Program-made: the position numbers and the translations under genes
Notes under the pieces: generated by a model
Database searches by the model: none
The model's input: only the letters and a program-made list of their open reading frames with translations
Told to the model about the DNA's origin: nothing
Assembly (NCBI GenBank): GCA_044221725.1
Contig: JBGAON010000001.1
Location: 224,001-288,000 of the forward strand
Source: Elusimicrobiota bacterium
Lineage (GTDB): Bacteria; Elusimicrobiota; Elusimicrobia; F11
Direction of reading: 5' to 3'
DNA length: 64,000 nucleotides
Shown here: positions 51,543 through 61,392 of the stretch, piece by piece
How the letters are laid out: the number at the start of each line of letters is the position of its first letter
How positions within the stretch are numbered: the stretch's first letter is position 1

Positions 51543-54188
51543 ATGAACCGTATTGCTGTTACACTCGCTGCCCTTTTGATGTACAACTCTTTTGCAATGC
51601 CGCTCGCGCAAGCTTCCGCGATTGCGCAACCGCCGATTGGAAATATCTCAAGTCAACACAATGGGTTTATTGCGCAGCCTCAAAAAGTAAAGAAATCGAG
51701 CGACATTCCCGCGTTTCGTGTGCCCGCGTCGGTCGGTTCAATCGTCGAAACCTACGCACCAACGAAAGCCAGCCGTCTCGTTTATCATTTGCAAGACGTC
51801 CACAAGCATGTGCCGGCTCAAATCAATCTGTCCGAAATTGTTTCGCTTCTCGAAGCTCATGCCGCAACCCAGGGAAAGAGATTGGTTGTTGCTGTTGAAG
51901 GTGTCACGGGTTTGGTTGATTCCGATTCCATCGCCAAAATCCAAAATCAAAAGGCCAAGGAAGATGTTGCCGCGGGGCTTCTGAAATCCGGTTACCTGTT
52001 GGGCGAAGAATACGCGGCCATAACCCATGCTCCGGGCCGGATTCAATTAATAGGTATCGAAGAACCAACGCTTTATAAGAAAAACGGCCAAGCTCGCGAT
52101 TTGTCCATCGAATCCCGGGCCGCCGTGCTCAATATTTTGCGCGAGACGCACGCTCAACTCGAAAAGCTTGTTCCGCACAACTTCAATCAAATTTTGACGC
52201 GCCTTGAGACCATGCGTTCGCAGGTGGAACAGGGAACGCTGCCGCTCACCGATTACGTGACGTTCCTCAAAGCGACGAATCCGGCGATCATTGCGCAGCA
52301 TCCGAATTTGGCGCGGATGGCGGCACTCACGGCTGCTGAAGCCGGAATTGATTTTGCGAAAGTTGAAGAGCAAGGCCGCTCACTGGTCCAAGACGTGATG
52401 GTGAACAAATCCGAAACAGAAGTGGATCAAATGCTCACGGATGCCCAGGCGCTCAAAGAGGGTCGGCTTTCGGCTCTCTCCTACTATTCATTGTTGTTGG
52501 GCCAAGCCAAAAAGGACTATCCGATTGTCCGCAAATACGTTGACTACCTTCGCACATCCGATTCGATCAACAGCGACCAGCTGTTCGACGAAGTTCTCGA
52601 GGCTGAAAACCAAATTGCGAAATCGCTCGTAAAGCATCCGGTTGCTATGGAGCTGTACGAATACATTCGTTGGGTGGAACGTCAGGAATGGTTTTTTTCT
52701 CTTTCGATGATTCCGCAGGATTGGGCTGAGCAAAAAAATGTAGAAGCCAAAACGATTATTTCGAAACACTCCGCCATCCGTAGTTTCGTCGCCGAACAGG
52801 TCGGCGATCTCGGTTATGCGTTCAATACCCCGGAGCTTTCGATGGAAACGCTGCTTCCCGCCTACAGCGGTGCGCACACCTTTTATGAAGCGGCGTCCGA
52901 ACGCAATGAGACAATGGTTTCGAATCTGAACAAAATCATTCGCAATCCAGCGAACGACGATGCGGTAATTGCATTCGTGGCCGGTGGCTTCCATACGCCG
53001 GGTATGACAAAGCTTTTAAAAGATGAAGGGTACGCTTACCAAGTGATTCGCCCACAGCTTGAAACTGACGTGGAATTGAGCGAGGAAATTAAATTTCCGC
53101 AGAAAAACGTCAGCTATTACCGCGCGCCTGAAACAATTGCGACCGAGGGCGGAGCAGAAGCGGTCAAAGGTGCAATCGGCAACGCGCCAGCCGTGAATGT
53201 CGAGGATGTGGCGAGACAGATTGAAAAAGGGGCAAGTCCTGAAGAAGGATCCGACCGGGGACCGAACGACGGCGGTCGTAAAGGATTCAGCGTCGTTGAG
53301 GTGTTGGTGGCCATTGTGGGCGTAGCGAGTGTTACTGCCATATCGCTTTATCTTTTCCAAGATTTTCGAGCCGGCACGCTCACCGGTGCAAAAATTGGTT
53401 ATTCCGTCCTCGGATTGTTTGGCGCGCTGGTGTTTGCCGCGATCATGCAGGGCGTAACGGGTAACACGGGTAGTGATTTGGGTGGCGGCAAATCAATCGA
53501 GGCGCAGGCCAGCAACGAAGCAAAAGTCACTACGAATACGTTGCAAGATGAAGCGACGCGGAAGAAAGCCTTTGCGATCGAACTGAAAGCGTTCTTCGAA
53601 AAGTATCGTTCACGGCAGAGCAGCGATCCCCGCCTGATTGTTGCCGATGTCTATGATCAAGACTCGACCAGCGAAACGCAAGCAATAGACGGCGAAGGGT
53701 TTGTAAAAGTGGTACAGGCATTGAGCGTTGTCGCTTCTGGAAGTCCGCTTAACGCAGCAATCGTTGTGAGTGCAAGCGAGGGTGATGTTTCGGTAGTGGA
53801 TGCCTATTCGAATCAAATGCGCGCCTATCAGAATAGTCAAAATGCGCAGGCAGCCGGACTTAGCTTTTTCGGTACCGCCACACAGGGCACAAATGTTCTC
53901 GATACGTTGAAAAGCATTCCGAGTTTGCGCGACAACGCGAATGAGGGAACTGCCTATGTCGTTGGAGGCCAGGCGAGTTACACCGGTGTCGGTGTGGAAC
54001 ACCACTACGTGTCGCGCGGCGCAGTTCAACGCGCGGTGAAAGCCTTTGTTGTGGGGCGATATGGAGCGGGTCATGCAGAAGAGTTGTCACAAGAACTCCT
54101 TAATATTCTTGGTCGCCGCTGGGGCAATATTGAAGGCCACTTCACCGATGCAATGATTACGCAAATGTTCACGGAAATCATGGCATAA
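51543..54188 (+). CDS. Large hypothetical membrane protein: signal peptide, QDxH/VEG/GGFH domain (EreA/ChaN/TraB-like by inference), internal prepilin-like TM, C-terminal domain
   Basis: GAGGA RBS before the ATG at 51543; motifs LQDVH, VAVEG, GIEE..LY, RN..M, VAGGFH..G, YQVIRP; two TMs at about 53290-53450. Confidence 0.7.
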   Translation: MNRIAVTLAALLMYNSFAMPLAQASAIAQPPIGNISSQHNGFIAQPQKVKKSSDIPAFRVPASVGSIVETYAPTKASRLVYHLQDVHKHVPAQINLSEIVSLLEAHAATQGKRLVVAVEGVTGLVDSDSIAKIQNQKAKEDVAAGLLKSGYLLGEEYAAITHAPGRIQLIGIEEPTLYKKNGQARDLSIESRAAVLNILRETHAQLEKLVPHNFNQILTRLETMRSQVEQGTLPLTDYVTFLKATNPAIIAQHPNLARMAALTAAEAGIDFAKVEEQGRSLVQDVMVNKSETEVDQMLTDAQALKEGRLSALSYYSLLLGQAKKDYPIVRKYVDYLRTSDSINSDQLFDEVLEAENQIAKSLVKHPVAMELYEYIRWVERQEWFFSLSMIPQDWAEQKNVEAKTIISKHSAIRSFVAEQVGDLGYAFNTPELSMETLLPAYSGAHTFYEAASERNETMVSNLNKIIRNPANDDAVIAFVAGGFHTPGMTKLLKDEGYAYQVIRPQLETDVELSEEIKFPQKNVSYYRAPETIATEGGAEAVKGAIGNAPAVNVEDVARQIEKGASPEEGSDRGPNDGGRKGFSVVEVLVAIVGVASVTAISLYLFQDFRAGTLTGAKIGYSVLGLFGALVFAAIMQGVTGNTGSDLGGGKSIEAQASNEAKVTTNTLQDEATRKKAFAIELKAFFEKYRSRQSSDPRLIVADVYDQDSTSETQAIDGEGFVKVVQALSVVASGSPLNAAIVVSASEGDVSVVDAYSNQMRAYQNSQNAQAAGLSFFGTATQGTNVLDTLKSIPSLRDNANEGTAYVVGGQASYTGVGVEHHYVSRGAVQRAVKAFVVGRYGAGHAEELSQELLNILGRRWGNIEGHFTDAMITQMFTEIMA

Positions 54189-54200
54189 CAAGTTTCTATC

Positions 54201-54241
54201 AAAGCCCCCCTTCGCGAATGCGGAGGGGGGCTTTTTTATTT
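54201..54241 (+). terminator. Rho-independent terminator
   Basis: aaagccccccttcgc-gaat-gcggagggggg-cttttttattt, 12 nt after the stop. Confidence 0.88.
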
Positions 54242-54258
54242 GGTGTAATGATTCGGTT

Positions 54259-55923
54259 ATGTGGAGCTCTCCTATCCCAGAAAAACGTTGGTTCGGTTTT
54301 CGGCGGAAATTTCGCGGTACGTCAGCGTTCGAATCGCTCGGAAATTTTGAAGAGGCCGCGTTAAATGAACTTGGTTCGTCGCTCGAAGAGCACGAAGCAG
54401 CCACTTTGGGTCGCCTGTTGGCGCGTGGGAAAAAAGTCGAAATAGAAATGTTTATTCGCACGCACGGAGCCAACCCGCTTTTCGAGCCGCAGGGCGATTT
54501 GGACGTGCCCGTGGGAATAGCGAAAGCCGATGTGGTCGATTTGCACAACCTCCCAAGCGCGTCGGCCAACCGCGCCATCTTGGATGGGGAAATTCTCCAT
54601 GTGCTTTTTCAAGCTGGCGAGGCCACGCGGTTTGCGGCAGGTCCGCTTTACCGTGTGAATGTTTTGCAAATAGCGCAGTCACTGACCGCGGATCCTGAAA
54701 TCGCTTTTTACCTGAAAAGCATTCAGCAGGCCCGCTCGGAGATTTCAAAGTCCGTGGGCGATTTGCTGGCGGACGGTTTTCTTGGACCCAAACAGCCACT
54801 GCTCCTGCGGGCGGCGTTGCGCCGGGTTGTTCAGGACGAAATCGATGCCGGAAGATTATCGCCGAGCGAGGCTTGCGAGCGCTATCGTCACGCGCTTTCC
54901 AAGCAGAAAATTCTTTTTTTCGTAAGCCGGCGCGGCAACGTGAATCAGACGCATAATGAAATGTTGCGTGGGACATTTTCGTTTTACGGGTTCGAGCCTG
55001 CGAATATTGTCACGATTGAGCAAGAACTGCTGAGAGGAATTACCGCCGACGAAAATGGGTCACTGTCGCTTCTGAACGGCGAAGAAAATATGGATGCCGG
55101 TGGCCATCTTGCGGCGCTCGTGCAGGCGGTGCGACCCGGAGATTTCACAACGTACACCGAATCAGGTCGCCCCATTAAGCCTATGGAAGTGGACGCTCTT
55201 TCCTACTTTGTGAACCGTGGCGCGAAGGTTATGAATGTGATTCGCATCAACGACATGGACCGGCATTCCACCGAAATCATTAATGGCAAGGCGCTAACGG
55301 TCGCTCAGCGGTTCTTTGAAAATGGTTACGTGAACGTCATTGAGACCGTGGCCAATCCGAAAGGCCAAAAAGGCGGGACCGGAACAACGTTTGGAAATCC
55401 GGACGTCCACGTTTTGACCGAGACGCACGAGAACTCGTTCCCGGCGCTGTCCCGCGCGTTTGAGGCGAGCATGCAGACGTACTTGAAAGAAAGCAAGGGC
55501 GTGCATCCTGCGTATAACGCGATGCGGCAGTTGGCAGATTTGCAAGCGACACGCCACGTTCTCAAGGAATTTGGTGGGCGAATTGTGTTTGTGCCGCGGC
55601 AGAGAGGGGGGCCTGAGGGAGAACCGGAAGGCTCACCTTACGTCGGTGTCGATATGCCGATGGGCGACCTGTCTTTGTTGTACGGTAACTACAAGTCTTA
55701 CATGTTTCAATTTGCTGGCCCCGAAGGCAGCGAGTTGTTAATTCACGATATGAAACAGAAAGAAAATTTGGGTATTGGATTACGCACGTTGCTTCATCAA
55801 CTCGAAGATTCGTTTGTGCTGGCGGCGGCCGAAGAATTGTCCGAAAAAAAGATTATGCCGTTCACCCAGCCGCCCAAACCGCGGTCGTTGTACGGGGCGC
55901 CCTGCCCAGAATTCGATATTTAA
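54259..55923 (+). CDS. Divergent UDPGP/AGX-type nucleotide-sugar pyrophosphorylase-like protein
   Basis: Ordered motifs QAGEATRF, GPK, EQ, AGGH, IND.D and QKGG parallel GGxGTR, GPK, Q, PxGHG, NxDN and KGG of the UDPGP family. Confidence 0.5.
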   Translation: MWSSPIPEKRWFGFRRKFRGTSAFESLGNFEEAALNELGSSLEEHEAATLGRLLARGKKVEIEMFIRTHGANPLFEPQGDLDVPVGIAKADVVDLHNLPSASANRAILDGEILHVLFQAGEATRFAAGPLYRVNVLQIAQSLTADPEIAFYLKSIQQARSEISKSVGDLLADGFLGPKQPLLLRAALRRVVQDEIDAGRLSPSEACERYRHALSKQKILFFVSRRGNVNQTHNEMLRGTFSFYGFEPANIVTIEQELLRGITADENGSLSLLNGEENMDAGGHLAALVQAVRPGDFTTYTESGRPIKPMEVDALSYFVNRGAKVMNVIRINDMDRHSTEIINGKALTVAQRFFENGYVNVIETVANPKGQKGGTGTTFGNPDVHVLTETHENSFPALSRAFEASMQTYLKESKGVHPAYNAMRQLADLQATRHVLKEFGGRIVFVPRQRGGPEGEPEGSPYVGVDMPMGDLSLLYGNYKSYMFQFAGPEGSELLIHDMKQKENLGIGLRTLLHQLEDSFVLAAAEELSEKKIMPFTQPPKPRSLYGAPCPEFDI

Positions 55924-55966
55924 AAAACCCCATTGATTTTTCAGAGGGTTCAGAAAAAAATTATGT

Positions 55967-56596
55967 ATGCGAATCACGGTTGGGGGAGTTCTATTTATTG
56001 GGGGGAGTGCTGCTTTTGTTGCGCTTGGCCCACTGAATTCGTTAGCCCCGATCGATGAAATAAAACACTCTCTGAATTTCATCACGGGGTATTTTCATTC
56101 TGAGCCCGTTGAGACAGCGCCGGTATCGGTCGAAAAGCCTGTTGATTCCAATCCGACACGAAAAGAATCAGCTTCTGTTGATACATCCACGCTGGAATCG
56201 TCGCAACCAAAACCGCCGACCGTGCCAGAAAAACCAGCAACGGCCGAAAATGCAGCTGCGCCTGCGCCAACACCGCTCTCCGTGGCAAATCCTGTCGCTT
56301 CCCCGACGCTTAAAAAAGCAAGGGGGCATCGCCGGGTTCCAAAATTGGGAGAGCAGCCGGTGCAGCTTGCTCTCACAAAAAGGCCGCCGCATTCAAAAGA
56401 ACTTCGACGGAAGAAAAGCGTGGGCTCCGAAGATAAGTTGCTGGGAAGCTACGTTTCGTTGAAGCTGAATTCAGGTCGAGACGTAAAAGGAATCCTGAAA
56501 TCCCGCGACGAACACGAGTACATCATTGAGCTGCCGGGAATGGGACCGTTCAAGTACCCGGCTTCCAACGTAACGGCTGTTACGCCGGTTGAGTAA
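55967..56596 (+). CDS. Hypothetical membrane-anchored protein with Pro-rich linker and small C-terminal beta domain
   Basis: N-terminal hydrophobic segment, P/S/T/E-rich spacer, VSLKLNSGRDVKGIL (Sm-like pattern). Confidence 0.6.
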   Translation: MRITVGGVLFIGGSAAFVALGPLNSLAPIDEIKHSLNFITGYFHSEPVETAPVSVEKPVDSNPTRKESASVDTSTLESSQPKPPTVPEKPATAENAAAPAPTPLSVANPVASPTLKKARGHRRVPKLGEQPVQLALTKRPPHSKELRRKKSVGSEDKLLGSYVSLKLNSGRDVKGILKSRDEHEYIIELPGMGPFKYPASNVTAVTPVE

Positions 56597-57191
56597 TTTT
56601 CCGAACCAAGTTGCCTTTCGTGTCCGTTTCATAAAACAACGGTACGCCCGTTTCAAGATTGAGTTCAAGCACTTGTTCTTTGGTTAGTTTCTCGATCTCC
56701 ATCACAATCGATCGCAAACTGTTGCCGTGCGCAGCGACGATAATATTCTTGCCGGATTTCACGGCGGGCAATATTCTCGATTCAAAATACGGAAGTGTTC
56801 GGGCGGCGGTGTCTTTTAAACTTTCTCCGTTCGGTGGAGCAATATCGTAGCTGCGTCGCCAAATATGGACTTGCTTGTCGCCGTATTTCTTCGCCGTTTC
56901 CGCTTTGTCCAACCCTTGCAAATCTCCGTAGTGACGTTCGTTGAGCGCCTTGTCTTTTTCCACCGGGATGTCGGTTTGGCCCGTTTCTTGGAGAATTATT
57001 TGTAGCGTTCGTTGCGCGCGCTTGAGGTCCGACGTGAACGCTTTATCGAATTTGATTCCTTTTAGGCGCTGACCCGCTGCTTTCGCTTCTTGTTCGCCTT
57101 TCGGTGTCAGCTCGACATCCACCCACCCGGTAAATTTGTTTTCAAGATTCCACTGCGATTGTCCGTGACGGACCAAGACGAGGACTGACAT
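56580..57191 (-). CDS. gpmA: 2,3-bisphosphoglycerate-dependent phosphoglycerate mutase
   Basis: LVRHGQSQWNLENKFTGW, LNERHYGDLQG, WRRSYD, AHGNSLR. Confidence 0.95.
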   Translation of the reverse strand: MSVLVLVRHGQSQWNLENKFTGWVDVELTPKGEQEAKAAGQRLKGIKFDKAFTSDLKRAQRTLQIILQETGQTDIPVEKDKALNERHYGDLQGLDKAETAKKYGDKQVHIWRRSYDIAPPNGESLKDTAARTLPYFESRILPAVKSGKNIIVAAHGNSLRSIVMEIEKLTKEQVLELNLETGVPLFYETDTKGNLVRKITQPA

Positions 57192-57202
57192 TTGAGTCTC
57201 CT

Positions 57203-58156
57203 TTAGTTGTTTGTTAACGCCACCGGCCGAAAGCTGGTTGTATGATCCGCCGGTTCAAAGTGTGTAAATTTTTTAAATCTGTTGTACCGCTCGACGATTT
57301 CCTGTTGTTTCAATTGCGTAAGCCGATCCAGACTGAACGATTCAACGTTAAACGACGCCATGACCGTGCCAAAAATAATGGATTGCCGTAGCGACGTTTC
57401 ATCCCAGTAATTGCCGTTTGTTGCCAACGATGAGAAGAAGCCGCCCGCGAAACAGTCGCCGGCGCCCGTCGGATCAAACACGTCCTCCACCGGATAGGCT
57501 GGTACAACAAAAAAGAATTCGCGCGTTACCAGAATCGCGCCGTGTTCTCCCTTTTTAATGATGACCACACGTGGACCCCGTCTCAGCAGGTCGTACCCTG
57601 CTTTGATGAGATTGGTAATGCCAGTAAATTGGCGAGCTTCACCATCGTTGAGAAGAAAGACATCGACTTTCTTAAGCAACCTGTTCAGGCTGTCGGATTT
57701 GATGCCGATCCATAGATTCATTGTGTCGCAGCCCGTTAGTTGTGGAGATCGCACCTGTTCGAGCACTTCAAGTTGGAGATCGGGATCTATGTTTGCCAAA
57801 AAAACGTGGGGTGTGGTGGCATACGATGCCGGAATTTTTGGTTTAAACGATTGAAACACATTGAGTTCGGTGGCCAGCGTTCTCGCCGCGTTCATGTCGG
57901 TCTCGTAAAGTCCGGTCCACCGAAATGTTTTGCCCGTCGTTGTTTCCAACCCTTCTATCGAAATGCCGCGGGAAGTGAGCAGCTGAATATGCTCTTTTGG
58001 AAAGTCGCTGCCGACGACCGCGACCAATCGAACCGGTGCAAAGAAACTCGCCGCGTAGGAAAAATATGTCGCCGATCCGCCGAGCGCTTCTTTTACTTCC
58101 CCAAACGGTGTTTTTATGGAATCCAACGCGACCGAGCCCACCACCAAAATTGACAT
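57203..58156 (-). CDS. PfkB-family sugar/nucleoside kinase
   Basis: VVGSVALD, GGSATY, ND.EA, KKGEHG, DPTGAGDCFAGG. AGGAGG lies upstream of the ATG at 58156. Confidence 0.9.
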   Translation of the reverse strand: MSILVVGSVALDSIKTPFGEVKEALGGSATYFSYAASFFAPVRLVAVVGSDFPKEHIQLLTSRGISIEGLETTTGKTFRWTGLYETDMNAARTLATELNVFQSFKPKIPASYATTPHVFLANIDPDLQLEVLEQVRSPQLTGCDTMNLWIGIKSDSLNRLLKKVDVFLLNDGEARQFTGITNLIKAGYDLLRRGPRVVIIKKGEHGAILVTREFFFVVPAYPVEDVFDPTGAGDCFAGGFFSSLATNGNYWDETSLRQSIIFGTVMASFNVESFSLDRLTQLKQQEIVERYNRFKKFTHFEPADHTTSFRPVALTNN

Positions 58157-58235
58157 TCTTGCCGCCTCCTGGAACCGAAATTTTCCGAGGACGTTTACCA
58201 TAATCAAGTGCCCGGCAGAAACTATTTCGTGGTCC

Positions 58236-58265
58236 TGGAAAATTTCCGGGGGCTTCTGTTATACT
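58236..58265 (+). promoter_or_regulatory. Putative promoter TGGAAA-N18-TATACT with extended -10 (TGn)
   Basis: TG-T-TATACT at 58257-58265 and TGGAAA at 58236-58241, upstream of the TPR gene. Confidence 0.4.
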
Positions 58266-58290
58266 GGCGAGACGGACACATGCACAAAAA

Positions 58291-61200
58291 ATGACACGTC
58301 ATCGTAGATCAAATTCACATTTTGAAAATTTTCCCCGACGGAGAAATTTAGCCTCGCGTTGGGGAATTTTTTGTTTATTGCTGCTTTTCTTTTCGGTTTC
58401 GACGCCTTTGTTCGCAAAACGTTTTGTTCCTACCCGAAAATCCGAAAAACACGAAATAACGTTCCGTTCGCAGGATCCAAAAACATTTTACCGTGCGCTG
58501 TCGTTGTTGCTTGAATCGCAGCCGGCGGACCAGATCAACACCATTAACGCGCGCGCGAGCGTCGCCGAACTTCTTTTTGAGACGGAAAATTATCGCGAAG
58601 CGGCCCAAATTTATTTGCAATTGACCGAGGCTCCGCTCGCTGACGTTTATAAGTTATCGAGTTTTCAATATCGCTTGGCCGAGTGTTATTTTTACATGGG
58701 GCTTTACGGTGAATCCTACGATCAATTTTCGCGCGTGAGAAAAGATGGGCATGTATCCTTGCAAGCGGAGGCCACGCTCGGTATGGCGATGGCGGCTCTT
58801 GCGCAGGGAAATCGGTCCAGCGCGCAGGCGCATCTCGATATCCTGTTGCTTGAGAATGAGTACTACAAAACCTACCCGCGAGCGCTTTACCCGTCGGGAA
58901 TAATGCTTTTTCAAAATGAGCAGTATCAGCGCAGCTTGGCTTTTTTCGAAAAGGACACCAGCGATCCAAAAAATCTTTATTTCGCCGGTATCGCGTATCG
59001 CCGACTGGGCCAATCGCCAAAAGGACTTCAGTATTTTCAAAAGCTGACACAAAAATTCCCCGGCACTGTGTGGGCGCAACGCGGTGCATTTGAAGTCGCC
59101 GAGACCTACTACCAACAACAAGACTACCCGCTGGCGTTTCAGAGTTTTGACCGTTGGCTCAGCGAATTCCCCAATGGAACGCTGCAGGTCGAAGCGCAAT
59201 TCCGCATGGCGTGCGCCGACATGCGCCGCGAACAATATCAACAAGTCGTTAACCGGTTGGAACCGCTGCTGAAACTGGATTTGCGGCCGTCGATGCAAGA
59301 CCGGATTCGTCATTTGGTGACCGAATCCTGGGTGCAGATGGACAAGGTGCCCGAACTTGTGGCGAGTATCAAAAAGAAAGGTCGCGCGCGGGACCGTACG
59401 CCGGACGAGAACTATCAGCTTATGTGGGCGTTGGCTGCGCTCGGTAAATATCAGGAAGCGCTTACCGCGTCAGAGGAGGGGCTCGGCAACTTCTATGACG
59501 CTGAGCTCACTCCAAAGATTTTGCTCGTGGAAGGTTTTTGCTACGACAAGGTGGGGCGACCGGCCGAAGCGCTGGCCGCGTATCAGACGGTTGTTGACCG
59601 TTTTCCGAAATCGGCTTACGCGGCGCGCGCGCTGCATTTGATGTCTCTCGGGTATGTGAAAGCCCAGCGTTGGCAGGAATTGGTCACGCATGTCTATCAC
59701 CACTGGGCGAATTTGCCCGAAGACGTACGAGCGAAATATCCGGAAGTTGAATTTTGGGTGACCGAAGGGCAATTGACGCTCGGAAATTATGAGCTTGCGC
59801 AAAAACGTTACCAACAATATCTTTCCGCGGCGCCCGATTCGCCGCTCACGCCGTACGCCTACCTGGGGTTGGCGGTCGCTCAAGCACAAAACAATCAACT
59901 CGATGCCGGATTTCAGACGCTGCAGCAGTTTGCGGCCATTGCGAAGCAAAAAAACCGAAACGATTGGCTAGCTCTAGCGACTCTTCAGTCGGGAAACATT
60001 TACTACAACCAGAAAAAATACGAACAGGCGATAGGTTTTTTCCGCTCGTTCCAAAAGGATTATCCAGCCGACCCCCGCATTCCCCAGGCGATGTTCCAAG
60101 AAGCCCAAGCTCTTTATCGTCTCGAGTATTACACGGACGCGGTGAATGTGTGGAACAACCTCGCGGACAAATATCCGGACAGCGGATTGACCGAGCGCTC
60201 GCGTTTCCAAGCGGCCCGCACGCTGTTCGACTTGGGCGAGAGCACCGCAGCGGTTAAGGCATTCAATACATTTATTGTGAAGCATCCAACGAGCGATCGG
60301 TTGAAAGAAGCTCGCCTGCAGCTCGCTCACGCGTATTACAACGCCGGGAATTACAAGGAGGCGATCCCGCGCTACCAAGAGTTTTTGCTGCTTTATCCGA
60401 ACGCCGAAGAAGTGGCCAGCGTGCAGGATTTCTTGCAAATGTCGTATGTGCAGGCGGGAAAGTCTGACCAGGAAATTGAACAGCTGACGAAAGGTCAGGC
60501 CAAGTCACAAGTGTTGGCGGACTTGTATTGGGAGAAAGGCGCGAAAGCCTACAATGACAAGGATTACAAAACCGCGCTCGGCTATTTCGAAAAGATTTTG
60601 ATTGAATTCCCGGCGTCGAGCTTGGCGGCGCAAGCCTCGTTCTACCGCGCCGAATCGTTTTTCTTGGAGCAGAAATACGATGAGTCGTCTTCCGCTTACA
60701 AAAATTTCTTAACGCAGTTTCCGAACGATCAGCAAGCTCCAACGGCGCTTTTCCGGTTGGGTGTGGGTCTGTTTAATTTGAACCGCTTTGACGAGTCGGC
60801 CATGACGTTTGAGAGCTTGGTCAAAAAATATCCCGATGACCCCATGGCCGCCACGGCCGCCGAAAATATTCCATTGGCTTACGCCAAAATAGGCAAGAGT
60901 GCAGAATCCGAAAACGCGCTCGAGGCATTGATTAATCGCACATCCGACCCGGCGAAAAAGGCGCAATTAAATTTGCAGCTCGCCCAGATAAAGGAAAAGA
61001 ACGGATTGGCCGCGGACGCTATTGCCTTCTATCAGAAGGTGGATCCTTCGCAAAAGGAATACGCACAAGCAATTTACGGAATGGGCAATCTCTACAGCCA
61101 GGCGGGTCAGTCGGATCAAGAAATGGCGAGCTACGAAAAGTTGCTTAATTCGCAGCCAAAGGATGATCCGTACCGAATCGCGGCGATAAGCCGATTGGCC

Positions 61201-61338
61201 GAACTGTATATTGGCCAAGGCCAGGCACAGAAAGCGCTTTCGACGTACAAAGATGTTGCCGCCAACGCAAAGGACGAAACCGCGTTGGCGAACGCAAAGT
61301 CGCGAATTGAAGAGCTTCAAAAAGTGCTCGCAAACTAG
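58291..61338 (+). CDS. Large exported TPR protein (BamD/CpoB-like repeats)
   Basis: Signal peptide ending PLFA; about 20 or more TPR-like units with Y/F-P-x-S turns (KFPGT, RFPKS, KYPDS, EFPAS). Confidence 0.88.
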   Translation: MTRHRRSNSHFENFPRRRNLASRWGIFCLLLLFFSVSTPLFAKRFVPTRKSEKHEITFRSQDPKTFYRALSLLLESQPADQINTINARASVAELLFETENYREAAQIYLQLTEAPLADVYKLSSFQYRLAECYFYMGLYGESYDQFSRVRKDGHVSLQAEATLGMAMAALAQGNRSSAQAHLDILLLENEYYKTYPRALYPSGIMLFQNEQYQRSLAFFEKDTSDPKNLYFAGIAYRRLGQSPKGLQYFQKLTQKFPGTVWAQRGAFEVAETYYQQQDYPLAFQSFDRWLSEFPNGTLQVEAQFRMACADMRREQYQQVVNRLEPLLKLDLRPSMQDRIRHLVTESWVQMDKVPELVASIKKKGRARDRTPDENYQLMWALAALGKYQEALTASEEGLGNFYDAELTPKILLVEGFCYDKVGRPAEALAAYQTVVDRFPKSAYAARALHLMSLGYVKAQRWQELVTHVYHHWANLPEDVRAKYPEVEFWVTEGQLTLGNYELAQKRYQQYLSAAPDSPLTPYAYLGLAVAQAQNNQLDAGFQTLQQFAAIAKQKNRNDWLALATLQSGNIYYNQKKYEQAIGFFRSFQKDYPADPRIPQAMFQEAQALYRLEYYTDAVNVWNNLADKYPDSGLTERSRFQAARTLFDLGESTAAVKAFNTFIVKHPTSDRLKEARLQLAHAYYNAGNYKEAIPRYQEFLLLYPNAEEVASVQDFLQMSYVQAGKSDQEIEQLTKGQAKSQVLADLYWEKGAKAYNDKDYKTALGYFEKILIEFPASSLAAQASFYRAESFFLEQKYDESSSAYKNFLTQFPNDQQAPTALFRLGVGLFNLNRFDESAMTFESLVKKYPDDPMAATAAENIPLAYAKIGKSAESENALEALINRTSDPAKKAQLNLQLAQIKEKNGLAADAIAFYQKVDPSQKEYAQAIYGMGNLYSQAGQSDQEMASYEKLLNSQPKDDPYRIAAISRLAELYIGQGQAQKALSTYKDVAANAKDETALANAKSRIEELQKVLAN

Positions 61339-61392
61339 GACCGTGTTACGGAACGGTCCATCAATAATTAAATTGAAGAAATGGGAGGAAAG

